Origin: Eledone cirrhosa
Taxonomy: Eukaryota
DNA: 64,000 bases
Assembly: GCA_964016885.1 (NCBI GenBank)
Contig: OZ024740.1
Location: forward strand, 86,242,001-86,306,000
Reading direction: 5' to 3'
The position numbers and the translations under genes were made by a program. The notes beneath the pieces are model-generated. The model was not told the DNA's origin, searched no databases, and saw nothing but the letters and a program-made list of their open reading frames with translations. This document shows positions 1 through 11,187 of the stretch, piece after piece; position 1 is the first letter of the stretch, and the number at the start of each line of letters is the position of its first letter.

Positions 1-599
1 ATAATAATTACTATTATTATTGTCTCAAATTTTAACAAAATGTTTAATTCCAATTTTACGGGGATATGTCAACACAATATATATTAAACATACGAACACA
101 AACTCATAGATACTACATATCACAAAACCCAGTAACCACAACGCCACCGCCGCCACCACCCCATCCATCATCTTGCTACCACTATCCCATCGCCGCCGCC
201 ACCACTCCTTCATTGCTACCACCACTATTCCCCTGTTAACTTGAGAGAGAAAGGGGAAGGTGGCGGTATCACTAGACAAGCGAGAGGCTAGCAAAAGATA
301 TAAATAGATTGACTTAGTGACCTGGCCACCGGCCAAACGTCAACATCAACAACTATGGGACTGCTGGCTCACCCCTTCCTCACCAACAATATAAAAATCC
401 CCGGCACCACCACCGATATAGCCAACAACAATAACAGGCAACTACAGCAAAAAGTATATTATATTATTGTAATGCACTGGGTGATTGCTGGCCTTGTGCC
501 TGGAGTGAGACAATTATTAATAATTTCATTCTTAAGCCACGCAATGCTCATATTAAGGAACCACTCATGATAATAACAATTTAAAAAAAAAAAACAACA

Positions 600-3500
600 A
601 AAAGAAAACCCCGTGACCAAGAAATACCGGATGGCGGCCGGCGGGGAATAGCCGTGTCTCTAGGGGAGAACGACCCCTCTAGTCTTGGTTGACACTCGTT
701 CTAGAAGTGGTAACACGAAATGATTACCCCTTGGCGGATAAGGATAAAACGCGACAAAATAAAGTAAATGTCTAATGATAAAATCTCATACCGGGTCGGC
801 CGTCACCCGGGTAAAAAAGGGCCGCGTCCCTCAGAGAGGAAGCAGACTGGGGTCGAAAAACCTAATCAGCTAATGGTTCAAACCTTCCCATCACTTCGGA
901 GCTGGAGACCTCCCATAAACGGAATACTCCTACTGTTGGCCCTCCATGCTCACCACCAAGAAATCCAAAGAAAAAGAGAGAAAAATGGTCAAGGGAAGAT
1001 AATAAAGAAGTCCTTGAGGCTTTCTACACTGCCATGTACTACCCATCAAATACATCGAATACAGAACAGACATATATCAACTGGAAAAAGAAACATCCCG
1101 AAAACAGAGGCTATATTGACAGTAACAAACTAGCCAATATACGAAGACATATTGTAAGAAAAAAGTTACTAACTGATATAGAAATTGATCAGATCAAGCT
1201 ATTAGCACAAAGTCAGCGAAGGGAAAATGAAACATGTGTCAGTGAAAACGAGGTAAACTGTAACACTTCGAACCCCAGGGTTGGGGCGGAATCACTGGCA
1301 ACAGAACAAATTAAAGAAAGGATCGAAAAAGTGGAGGGAGTGCATGCTCAGGATGAAACTCCAAATGAAAATAATGAGATCGTAAGTGATAAAGAAATGA
1401 ATGAGAATGAACTTGCCAACTTGAAGGATGAAATTATGATCGAATGGATGAAAATGAAAGAATCTGACATGGGGCAACGAGACACCCTCCCTAAGATCCA
1501 GAACTCCAAACAGAACCAAAAGATAATACACAAGACTAACATAATTCTCAAAAACATTATCATCACAAACAAACTAAACATTACTGATTTAAATCATCTC
1601 TATTATGCATCGGCTAAAGTCACCACTCACTTATGTGGAGTGAAGATGAAAAAATAAAGGAATTCCCACAAGAAATCTACTTGGCAAGAGAACATCAATC
1701 GCCAAATAAACCTTCTCCGATCTGACATAGAAATTTTAACAAACTATAAAGTAGGTGAACATGTTAAACAAACTAAACTTAGAAAATTGAAAAAAAAGTA
1801 CAGTATAAAATCAACATGTGACATAGACATGCTGATAGAAATAATCAAGCAAAAAGTGTCGGCCAAAGCTGCTCGTATAAGGCGCTTTGAAAAACGATCT
1901 AGATTCTATAAGGACAATAATATGTTCCAAAACAACCAAAGAAACTTCTACAGAAAAATTGGTAAGTCAACAATAACTGCTAAATCAATACCACCCAAGG
2001 AGGAAGTGCAAGAATTCTGGGAAAAGATCTGGGCCGAAGAAAAAGTTCATAACATACATGCCCCATGGAATGACAGACAAATGAAAGATACAGCTCACCT
2101 TGAGGAACAAATATGGGAAAATATAACAGTTGAACAGTTGCGCTTGGCTCTAAGAAAAACCAGCAAATGGAAATCCCAGGAAAAGACAAAATACAAAACT
2201 TTGGATAAATGCCTTCACAGAGTCTCATGAGCTGTTAGCCCAACTTTACAATGAAATAGTTAAGGAGCCAGAAAAGATACCATCATGGCTAGTTAACGGC
2301 ATTACATTCCTGCTTCCGAAGAATGATGAGACAAACAATCTCAAAAATTACAGACCGATAACTTGCTTGACCACAATGTATAACATTTTAACATCAGTCC
2401 TAACTGAATACACATATGACCACCTGATAACAAATGACCTATTTCCCATTGAGCAGAAAGGGTGTAAACAAGGCTCATATGGCTGTAAGGATCAGCTTCT
2501 GGTTAACAAAATGATACTGGAAGATTGTCATAATAGACACAAAAATCTATCGATTGCTTGGATAGATTATAAAAAAGCATTTGATAGTTTGCCACACAGT
2601 TGGATTGAAAAATGTTTAGAGATTTTCAAAATATCCCCCGTTGTCAGGAGGTTTTTGTCATTCAGTATGAAGACATGGAAAACGACACTCCTTTTGAATA
2701 GTGAAACAAAATCACTGGAAGCTGGAGAAGTTAATATTAATTGTGGAATTTTTCAGGGTGACTCTTTATCACCGGTTTTATTCTGCATCGCACTTATACC
2801 ATTAAGTAAAATGCTCAATGAAACAAAACATGGATATAGAGTCTATGACAAAACCATTAATCACCTGTTCTACATGGATGACCTGAAACTATTTGCAAAA
2901 AATGATGAACAATTGCAAGGGCTATTATCCACTGTGGAGCAGCTCAGTGATGACATTAAAATGGAGTTTGGACTAGATAAATGCGCCAAAGCAACGTTCA
3001 CCAGAGGAAAGCTGCTGAAGAGTTCAGACATTAATCTTGAGCGGGGGAACGTGATAAGAGAACTTGATCAAGAAAAAACTTACAAATATCTAGGTGTTTG
3101 TGAGGGAGACGGAATCAAGCACTCGACAATGAGGGAAAGGATAAGGAAGGAATGTTACCGCAGAGTAAGAGCAATCTTAAGAACGGAATTGAATGCAAGG
3201 AATAGGATCGATGCCATAAACACGCTTGCCATACCAGTGGTAACCTACAGTTACAATGTCATCAACTGGTCAAGCACAGAGATCCGTAGGCTCGATACAA
3301 AAATTCGAAAATTCTTAACCATGCACAGAATGCATCACCCTAAGGCAGATATAGATAGAATATATCTCCCTAGGAAAGAAGGAGGACGTGGGTTAATCCA
3401 GTTAGACATTGCGTTGAAAACTGCAACAATTGGATTATCTACATATCTAAGGGAATCACATGATTGGATGATCAGACTCGTTTTGAAACACGAAAGCATC

Positions 3501-4564
3501 AAAAGATCATATTCCATTACAAAAGATGCACAAAGATACAGTAATGGACTACAAATTTCATAAGTCCCATTTACTGCTGAAATGGAAAACACAGAAAAAG
3601 CAAAGCAGGTGAAAGTAACTGCAAAGAAAGAACTGCTACAGAAACTGGCTAAGAAATGGCAAGAAAAGCCTCTGTATGGAAAATACCCAGAGCGAGCTAA
3701 CAATCCTGATGTTGACAAAACTTTAACCAATCAGTGGTTGGCATCCTCTGGACTGAAATCGGAGACTGAAGGACTGATTATATCAGCACAAGATCAGTGT
3801 CTGCCAACAAAAAATTACCAAGCCAACATAATAAAAAATGGATGCAGCCCATTATGCCGTGTATGCAAAAAACAACCAGAGACCATTGACCATATAATTT
3901 CAATGTGCAGTCCTATAGCTCCAACCGAATACCTAAACAGGCATGACAGAGCTGCACAATACATACATTGGATAATGTGTAAGCATTTTGACCTGCCCCA
4001 TCAAAAGAATTGGTGGGAGCATCAACCACCTCCCATACTTGAAAAAGATCACATCTCAATCTTGTGGAACTTTAGCATCCAAACAGACCGAAAAATAGAT
4101 GCAAATAGACCTGATATAATATTGAAGGACTTTAAAAAGAGGGTATGCCTGCTAATTGATATGTCTGTTCCAATAGACAAGAATGTATCTATAAAAACAT
4201 TTGAAAAATTGAGCAAGTATAAGGACCTGGAGATAGAAATTGGAAAAATGTGGAAATTGAGAACTAAAACAATACCAGTGGTTGTAGGCGCTCTGGGAAT
4301 GATACCTAAGGGGTCTAATGATTACTTATCGCAGATCCCAGGAAACCCGCGTATAGGAGAAATACAAAAGATAGTACTAATGGGAACTGCCCATATACTA
4401 AGGAAGATTCTGTCAATATAAGTACATCACAAGTCTAAACACTAAAGATGCATGTGTGAGTATGTATGTTCTTCCTTGAACATGGCGGACCTTGTTGTCT
4501 CTTGAGGTCACTGGTTGTGACTTGGTGATAACTCGTATGAACATAAAGCAAGATAAATGCAACT

Positions 4565-4565
<1 letters not shown>
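600..4565 (+). mobile_element. R4/Dong-clade RLE non-LTR retrotransposon, near full length, ending in (TAA)n
   Basis: Single long degenerate ORF with RT (IDYKKAFDS, GIFQGDSLSP, YMDD at 2871-2882), CCHC finger (CRVC..ETIDHIISMC), RHD and PD..D..K RLE motifs (RPDIIL..LIDMSVP..EKLSKY). The 3' UTR abuts (TAA)n at 4566. 5' end approximate. Confidence 0.9.
768..4421 (+). pseudogene. Dong/R4 polyprotein (RT + zinc finger + restriction-like endonuclease), disrupted
   Basis: ORF pieces 768-1133, 1034-1657, 1787-2230, 2367-3563 and 3582-4421. In-frame stops at 1655 and 3561, frameshifts near 900-1000 and 2180-2230. Confidence 0.88.

Positions 4566-4610
<45 letters not shown>
4566..4610 (+). repeat. 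(TAA)n target/tail microsatellite
   Basis: Direct reading. Similar runs at 4721-4748, 5071-5120, 10947-11010, 11178-11187, 16869-16912 and 23027-23065 separate the elements. Confidence 0.98.
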
Positions 4611-4611
<1 letters not shown>

Positions 4612-4721
4612 TGGTCAAGCACAGAGATCCGTAGGCTCGATACAAAAATTCGAAAATTCTTAACCATGCACAGAATACATCACCCTAACTCGTACGAACA
4701 TAAAGCAAGATAAATGCAACT
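4609..4721 (+). mobile_element. Miniature Dong derivative (internal RT piece fused to the 3' terminus)
   Basis: 4611-4688 copies about 3266-3343 and 4686-4721 copies about 4528-4564. Flanked by (TAA)n on both sides. Confidence 0.85.
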
Positions 4722-4748
4722 ATAATAATAATAATAATAATAATAATA

Positions 4749-5070
4749 CGAGAGTGCAAGAGAAGGAGAGGGAGAAAATTAACCGATACCAGGACTTAAA
4801 GTGGGAGGTAAAAAGGATTTGGAACTGCCATGAAGTCAAAGTGGTCCCGATTGTTATAGGCGCACTAGGTACTATCTCAAAAGGTTTCCAGCGATGGTTA
4901 AAGAAAATTGGCCCCGCCACGCTTTTTGGAACGCTTCAAAAGGCATGCTTGCTGGGAACAGCAAGAACCCTCCGATATGTCCTGAATATCTGAGGCTGCG
5001 GGTAGTGGCTTGATATTCATTTCAACAAACTTTCCAGTTAACTAACATCAATGACTGAGACTCAAAGAAC
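4749..5070 (+). mobile_element. 5'-truncated second R4/Dong-type family (RLE C-terminus + 3' UTR)
   Basis: ORF 4754-4993 (KINRYQDL..VVPIVIGALGTI..LQKACLLGTARTLR) is homologous to the end of the first element. Different 3' UTR, flanked by (TAA)n. Confidence 0.85.
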
Positions 5071-5122
<52 letters not shown>

Positions 5123-5365
5123 TTTTCTTTATTAACCACAAGGGTTTACATAAAGTAGACATTAAGGACAGTACAGGACAATACAGGACGGTACAAATGG
5201 GCATTTCTGCGTGTAAAAAAAACAGAGGATGAAATAAAATAACAAAGAAAAATTCCCCAATAGGGGGGAGACTTCCGAGGGACATTTGTGGAGAAAGCCC
5301 ATTAAAAGACCACAGTGGCCCTGACCACCAGGGCAAGTGCCCTCTCCCAGTTTTCCACCTTTAAT

Positions 5366-8300
5366 TTACAGACACATACTCAGAGAAGGCCCATTCATTC
5401 GGGCCATACTTGCTTCTCTCACCCATCTTTCAACAAAATGCTGGGAAGAGAGCACTTCCCTCTCTACCCTGATTTTCCTTTTCAGATGAAATTTGAAAAA
5501 GTTAATCAGGGCATCACCGAAGAGGTAAGTGCTCGTCTTCAGCCCTTTCAAACGTGTCCACCATACTATCTCTTTCGCCATGGCCACCAGACAGATAAAA
5601 ACTGCCTGCCCTTCCCGGCTAAAGGAAGGGGGCGGGGCAATCCTCACGATGGACTCAGCTGATAGCTGGATCCGTCCTACACGTGACAGCAGGTGTTCGA
5701 CATAAACCCACAAGTCAGCAATGCTTGGACACTGGACGAGTGCGTGCAGGACGGTTTCGTCGCCCTGCGCGCATCTCGGACATGCCCGGCTGACGGCACC
5801 TCCATGCCTGTAGAGTTTATCCCGAACTGGCAAAGCTCCTCGGTAGCACTGCCAGGCCAGGGATTTCTGGAAGTTGTCCATAGGCCCCGGCCCGAAAGTC
5901 CTTCCGAAGAGATTGGCTAGTTGATTTTCGTCGACGCCTAGAGTTTCTCCAAGTACGTCGTCGCTCTTCCCCTCCACTAATCCCCTATAGAACGCCAAGG
6001 TGGAGTTTCCACCGATCACATTGCCCGATTGGTCGAGGGCTGTGAGCGCCTGAAGACATTCCAGTCTCCAAGCGCTCCCTCTCGGTCTTCGCTTGACCCA
6101 GGACTGCAGCTCCGTCAAGGAGACGAGCTGGGGAAAAACGTGTCTAGCAAACGGCGACCACACCTGATCACCGTCGAGGAAGAGGTGGAGATGTCGTAGC
6201 CTGAGCGCGTGTCTGCGCATCATCAGCCACGGCATGCCCAGCCCTCCACGTAGCGGGTGTTGACAGCAGATGGACCGCCTGACCATCGGAGCGCGTCCCT
6301 TCCACAAGAAGCGAAAGAGCAAACGCTCCAGCGCAGTCAGGCGGGGCTTAGGACAAGGTACGACGGTCAGGCGGTAGTAGATGACGGATGCGATGTACGC
6401 ATTCGCCACCTCCGCTCGACCTTTCAGGGATAGCTTCCTCTCGGCCCATTTCTGGGTGAGAGAAGCCACCCTGCTCGTCACCTCGTCCCAGTTTTTGTCC
6501 GTCTGGAGGTCTGGACCGAACCAGACCCCTAGCAATTTAACCGGTCCGTCCGTCCAGCGCCCGACGACGCTGTTGGACGGCATGGACCTGCCTCTCCAGG
6601 TGCCGAGCTGCAGGCCCACTGACTTTTCCTGGTTGATCATTGCTCCTGTCACCGCTTCGTATTCTCTTAGTGTAGTGCCGATCGCCTCGATGTGTTTGGC
6701 GTTCGACACCACTACGGTGACATCGTCGGCATATGCTGACACGGATCTTCCGTATCCTAGTTCGCGCGGGACCCCCCTCAACGTCTCCAGTTTGTGCAGT
6801 AATGGCTCGAGAGTCAATACGTACACTAGGGACGAGAGGGGACATCCTTGGCGGACCGAGCGCATGATGTTGAACGGTTCCGAAAGATGACCGTTCACTC
6901 TCACTACAGAGCAGATGTCGCTGTGCATGGCAGCGATCCAACCTCTGAAGACGGGCCCAAAGCCAGCCGCCCTCAGGACTGCCGCTAGGTAACGATGGTC
7001 GACCCTATCGAAGTCTTTCGACTGATCTAAATTGATCAAAGACCCACCCGTGCCAGGTTCCCTAGCTACCCTCTCTACGATGTATCGCATGAGGTGGAGG
7101 TTGTCGTGGATGGATCTGTCGGGAATGGCGCATGTCTGTGCATCTCCCACCAGACCACCAACGACAAGCGCCAACCTCTTTGCTAGCACCTTGGCCAAAA
7201 TCTTGAACTCTGTGTTTAGCAGGGTTATGGGCCTAAAATTATCTATCTTATCCCCCTTGTTCGGATCCTTTCTCAGCAGCGCCACCGCTCCTCGGCTCAC
7301 AGAGCTGGGAATTCTCCCGTTCTGTTGCCAGTTGCAGTAGACGTCCGCCAAGAGGCCTCCGAACAAGTTTGGCATTTGTACGTAAAGTTCATAGGGCAGA
7401 CCATCCAAACCAGGCGATTTACCCCTTGTGCAACTAGTCATTGCATCCCGTACTTCAGCGGTTGTTATCGGCTTTTCGCAACACTCCGCCTCAGTGGCCG
7501 AAAGCCGCGGCAGTCCGTCGAGGTAGACACTAAAGTCCATCCCTCGATCCGGCCCGCCACTGCCCCCGAACAGTTGAGCGAAGTGTCGCTGAAAAGCTTC
7601 ACACATTTGCCCGGGATCGAGTAGCATGCGCCCATCGTGGTCCACCAAAGATCAGATCGTGGCTTTGTTGCCACGACGCGCCTCCGCCACTCGGGCCCAT
7701 TGAACGGCTTTCGTCCCCTCGTGTCTGAGAGCACGCACCCTAGCTCTGACAACGCAGCCTTCGTGCTTTGCATTGGTCAAGGGCCAATTTCGCCGCAAGT
7801 ACGTCGGTCGCGATGCCTTTGCTAAGCGCCTCATCTAATTTTCTAACTAATTCTCCCTCTGCTCTATTTTTCTCTATTGCTAAAGTCTTACTAAACCTAA
7901 TGGACTCTATTCTAATTGCTCTTTTCAGAGCAAACCACCACTTGTTGGTCTCTGTAGGCCTTGCTCGCTGGATAGGACGCGTTTAGCTTCCAGTAGCCGG
8001 GTCCTCGTCTATGAAGCCTATCTAAGTCAAGCACACAGATCACGAATTTGTGGTCCGTGTAGCTGACTATCTTGAATTGTGGACAGCCTATGCTAGACCT
8101 ATCTATTTCCCTACAAAATACTCTATCTAGATATGATCTGGATGACCCTATGCGATTTGTCCAAGTCCACATTGGTACATTCGGGAAATCCATTCGGTAC
8201 CTGTCAGACAGTTCAAAACGTATGAGCAGGTTGGTGAGACTCTTGCACCCTCCTTCCCTATCCACTAATCCCACACAATCCCAGCGTGCATCTAAGATCC

Positions 8301-8730
8301 CGTTCCAGTCGCCCACTAACACTAAAGAGCGGGACGTTCCAAGAAAGGTCTCCAGACGCCGGAAGAAATCAGGCCGCCCTGCTCCTGTCGGGGCATAGAC
8401 GGCCACTAACCTGAAAGCTTGCCCGTCTCCGCTGGTCAAGTCCAGCACCACCAAATTACCTTCTGGGTCCAGGAAGATGGCCCGTATGGCAAGATCCAAA
8501 CCTCTCCGGAAAAGCACAGCAACTCCTCCCCCCGATCCCGGACGGCTGGGAGATGCGTACACATCGTAGCCGCCGAAGATCGGTGCGAAAGCCTGTGCTT
8601 CGGAGATTCTGGTCTCGCTGATGGCCACTACATCTATGTTTAGTGACCTGAGGTCGTTGAGCAGGTGGCCCTGCTTCCATGACGACCCCAAGCCACGCGC
8701 ATTTATGCTGCCTATTCTGCGTGAGGTCAT
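5366..8730 (-). pseudogene. Tx1 ORF2: AP endonuclease, reverse transcriptase, C-terminal CCHC
   Basis: SINARGL, ISETR, VGDWN, SYLDR, TDH (APE); PGLDG, FRPITLLN, VRQGCPLS, YADD (RT); CPRC..ETVLHALVQC. Small deletions near 7945 and 7773 break the frame relative to copy 2. Confidence 0.92.
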
Positions 8731-8764
8731 GTTGAAAAGGAGTGGAAAAGATGGGAAAGACCAC

Positions 8765-10754
8765 TTACCTTACTTCTCGTAGGGGAAGGACGGTTTTTCC
8801 ATCCTTTTCACTGCTTGTGGCCTCCTCAGGAAGGATGTCCTTATAAATCCTCCTGGAGAGTGCTTGTCGGAATTCTCCGATGTCTTTGGGGAATTTTTGT
8901 TTTAGTGTCATGTACGTTTTCTGTGTGATGCGAGTGATTCGTATGTGTGGAGGTGGTGTGAATTTTGGGGTTGTTGTGTAGTCTTTTTCTGTGATGCTGG
9001 TGTTGTGTTGGATGTAGTGTAATAATTGCTTGTTGTTCAAATTTAATGCTGTGTAGTGTGTATCGTTTTGGTTGTTTTGTTTTGTTTGCGTTTGTTGTCG
9101 GTTTGTTTCTGTTTCGCATTTTGGTGACTTTTGTGGTGTAGGTGATGGTGGTGTTGGAGTTAATGATGGTGATGGTGTTGGTGTTTGGGTTGATGGGGTT
9201 GGTGATGCTGGTGTGGATGGTGGCATATCTGTCCTAACTTTTTTGTTTCTTAGTTTATTTGTTTCCCTCTGTATTTTGTTTTTGGAGGGGGAAGGAAGAG
9301 AATTTTTTCTTTTTTGGTTTCTTTTTTTTTTCCGGATATCGTTTCCCACTCCTCGTCGTCACAATCTGTCTCCAGTTGTGATAGGCCGGGGAGTGGAAAA
9401 TCCTCCACAGCCGTTAGTTTTGGTTGTGGTGTGGTGGATGGTGTAGGCGCTGGTGCTAGTTCTGAAGCGTTGGGTGGTGGTGGTGTTGGTTCTGCTACTG
9501 TTGCTGAGGTTGTTGCTGTTATAGTTGCTTCTGTTGTTGCTGCTACAGTTGTTGCTGCCATCTCTGCTACTGGTGGTGTTGATGGTTGTGTCACTGGGGT
9601 GGGTAGGAGAGGTGGCCTCAACCTTTTATCCTGAGGGCAGAAAGCCCTTAGGTGGGTTCCTTCACCACAAACGACACACCTAGGTCTTCTGCCCTCGACA
9701 ATTACCGTGAGGTGGCTGCCGTCAGTGAGGTCTATTACCTCTGGGATCTCCTCAATGCTTTTTTGGTCCGCTTGGATTAGGAGCTCCATCCCAGATCCGG
9801 ACCAGTTTTCCTGCTTTTCTTTTGCTATTGCTATTATTTTCGTGTTGGCTTCGATGCCGGCGAGGACAGCCGCTATTAGCCAGGGAATTTCGATGGCCGG
9901 TGGAACGTGGGTCACCCTGATCTTTACGAGTCTCTGGCCACAATAGCTTGGGACGAGTGTGAAGTCGTCACTTTTTAATGGGGCCATGGAGTGTTCTCTA
10001 GCCTCCTCTGGTGTTTCAAAGAACACATCCACGGTTCCATACTTTTGCCCACGTCTGATGTGGGTTTTTCTTGCCCACACATGTCCCAAAGCTTTTTGGA
10101 TTTGGGACTCGGATGCCCGTTCCACTCGGCGCGATTTTACATTTATTGTTCTATACGACACGGTGCATAGACGCCGATGCTCCATTTTATTAGGTGGGTG
10201 GGGGGGGGGGTGAGGCTGACCCTGTACCCATTTTTCTTTACCATTTATTTGGCATTTTCTAAATCGTCTTGAGTTACGGTGAATGCTTCAAATTGTTTTG
10301 CTACTATGGCGAAACTGAGGGTCGGTTTTATAATGTCATTGTTGTTGTTGTTGCTATCGTTATTTGTGTTAATATTAATTTTAGTTTCAGTTGTGGTGGT
10401 GGTGACGTCAGTCGTCTTTGATGCGGAAGAGTCCATTTTGCTTGATTTCATTTCGACATCACGAGTTAATTTATTTTTTTCTTCTTTTGTTTCTGTTGTC
10501 GCGGTGGTGGTGGGGGTGGTGGTTGTCGCGGTGGTGGTGGTGGTGGAGGCTTTAACACCTGCAGTCATTGGTAATGGCGGGAAATGAATGTCTGCCTGAG
10601 ACAAATTTAAAATATTGCTACTGCTTATATTTTTTTTTGTGTTGGCAAACGTAGTAACATTTACAATGGTGGTATCGGTGTGAGGTGTTATTTTGTGAGG
10701 AAGTCTTTCAGCTGCTTCGTGCAGAGGGGCATTAGCCATTTTTTTCAAAGACAT
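8765..10754 (-). pseudogene. Tx1 ORF1: RRM-like, CX2CX4HX4C knuckle, Pro/Thr linker, C-terminal domain
   Basis: GTVDVFFETPEEA, VEGRRPRCVVCGEGTHLRAFC. Stop at 10245, frame breaks at homopolymers near 10200 and 9320. Confidence 0.8.
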
Positions 10755-10946
10755 TTTTGGATAATAATAAAAGTTAAAATTTTGGGCACAAGGCCCCAAT
10801 CTTTTTGGGTGTCCTTTTCGGAAAACAATGTATGTGTGCTTATAAACAGTTAACAATAAAATTTTCCATAAATGGCAATTTTTAACAAACGGAAATAACA
10901 AACCTTTGCGGAGCTCACGATGATACGATTTACTACGTAGGTCGCC

Positions 10947-11010
<64 letters not shown>

Positions 11011-11012
<2 letters not shown>

Positions 11013-11180
11013 TGTTTCTACTTTAGGCACAAGGCCAGCAATTATCCAGTACATTACTGGTACTTTATTTTATCGACCCCGTAAGGATGAAAGGCAAAGT
11101 CAACCTCGGCGGGATTTGAACTCAGATCGTAAAGGGACGTAACTATGCTGGAAAGCATGGCGTCCGACCCTCTACCGATA
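11011..11180 (-). mobile_element. tRNA-derived SINE within the TAA array
   Basis: B box GAGTTCAAATCCC, core GCCTTTCATCCTTACGGGGTCGATAAAATAAAGTACC, tail GGCCTTGTGCCTAAAGTAGAAACA(ATT)n. Confidence 0.9.
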
Positions 11181-11187
11181 ATAATAA

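Larger units (their letters stand above)
5121..10947 (-). mobile_element. Tx1-type (L1 clade) LINE, copy 1, full length
   Basis: ORF1 (RRM-like + CCHC knuckle) and ORF2 (APE-RT-CCHC). 3' end CCCTTGTGGTTAATAAAGAAAAC followed by (ATT)n; 5' end TGGCGACC abuts (TTA)n. Confidence 0.92.

Noticed and set aside
9250-9349. Programmed frameshift in Tx1 ORF1
   Set aside because: It lies in an A homopolymer and is not shared with copy 2; mutation or sequencing error is more likely.
10938-10947. TGGCGACC at the Tx1 5' end resembling an LTR primer-binding site
   Set aside because: Only about 8 nt, no LTRs, and changed to TGGCGATC in copy 4. I could not fold an HDV ribozyme there either.
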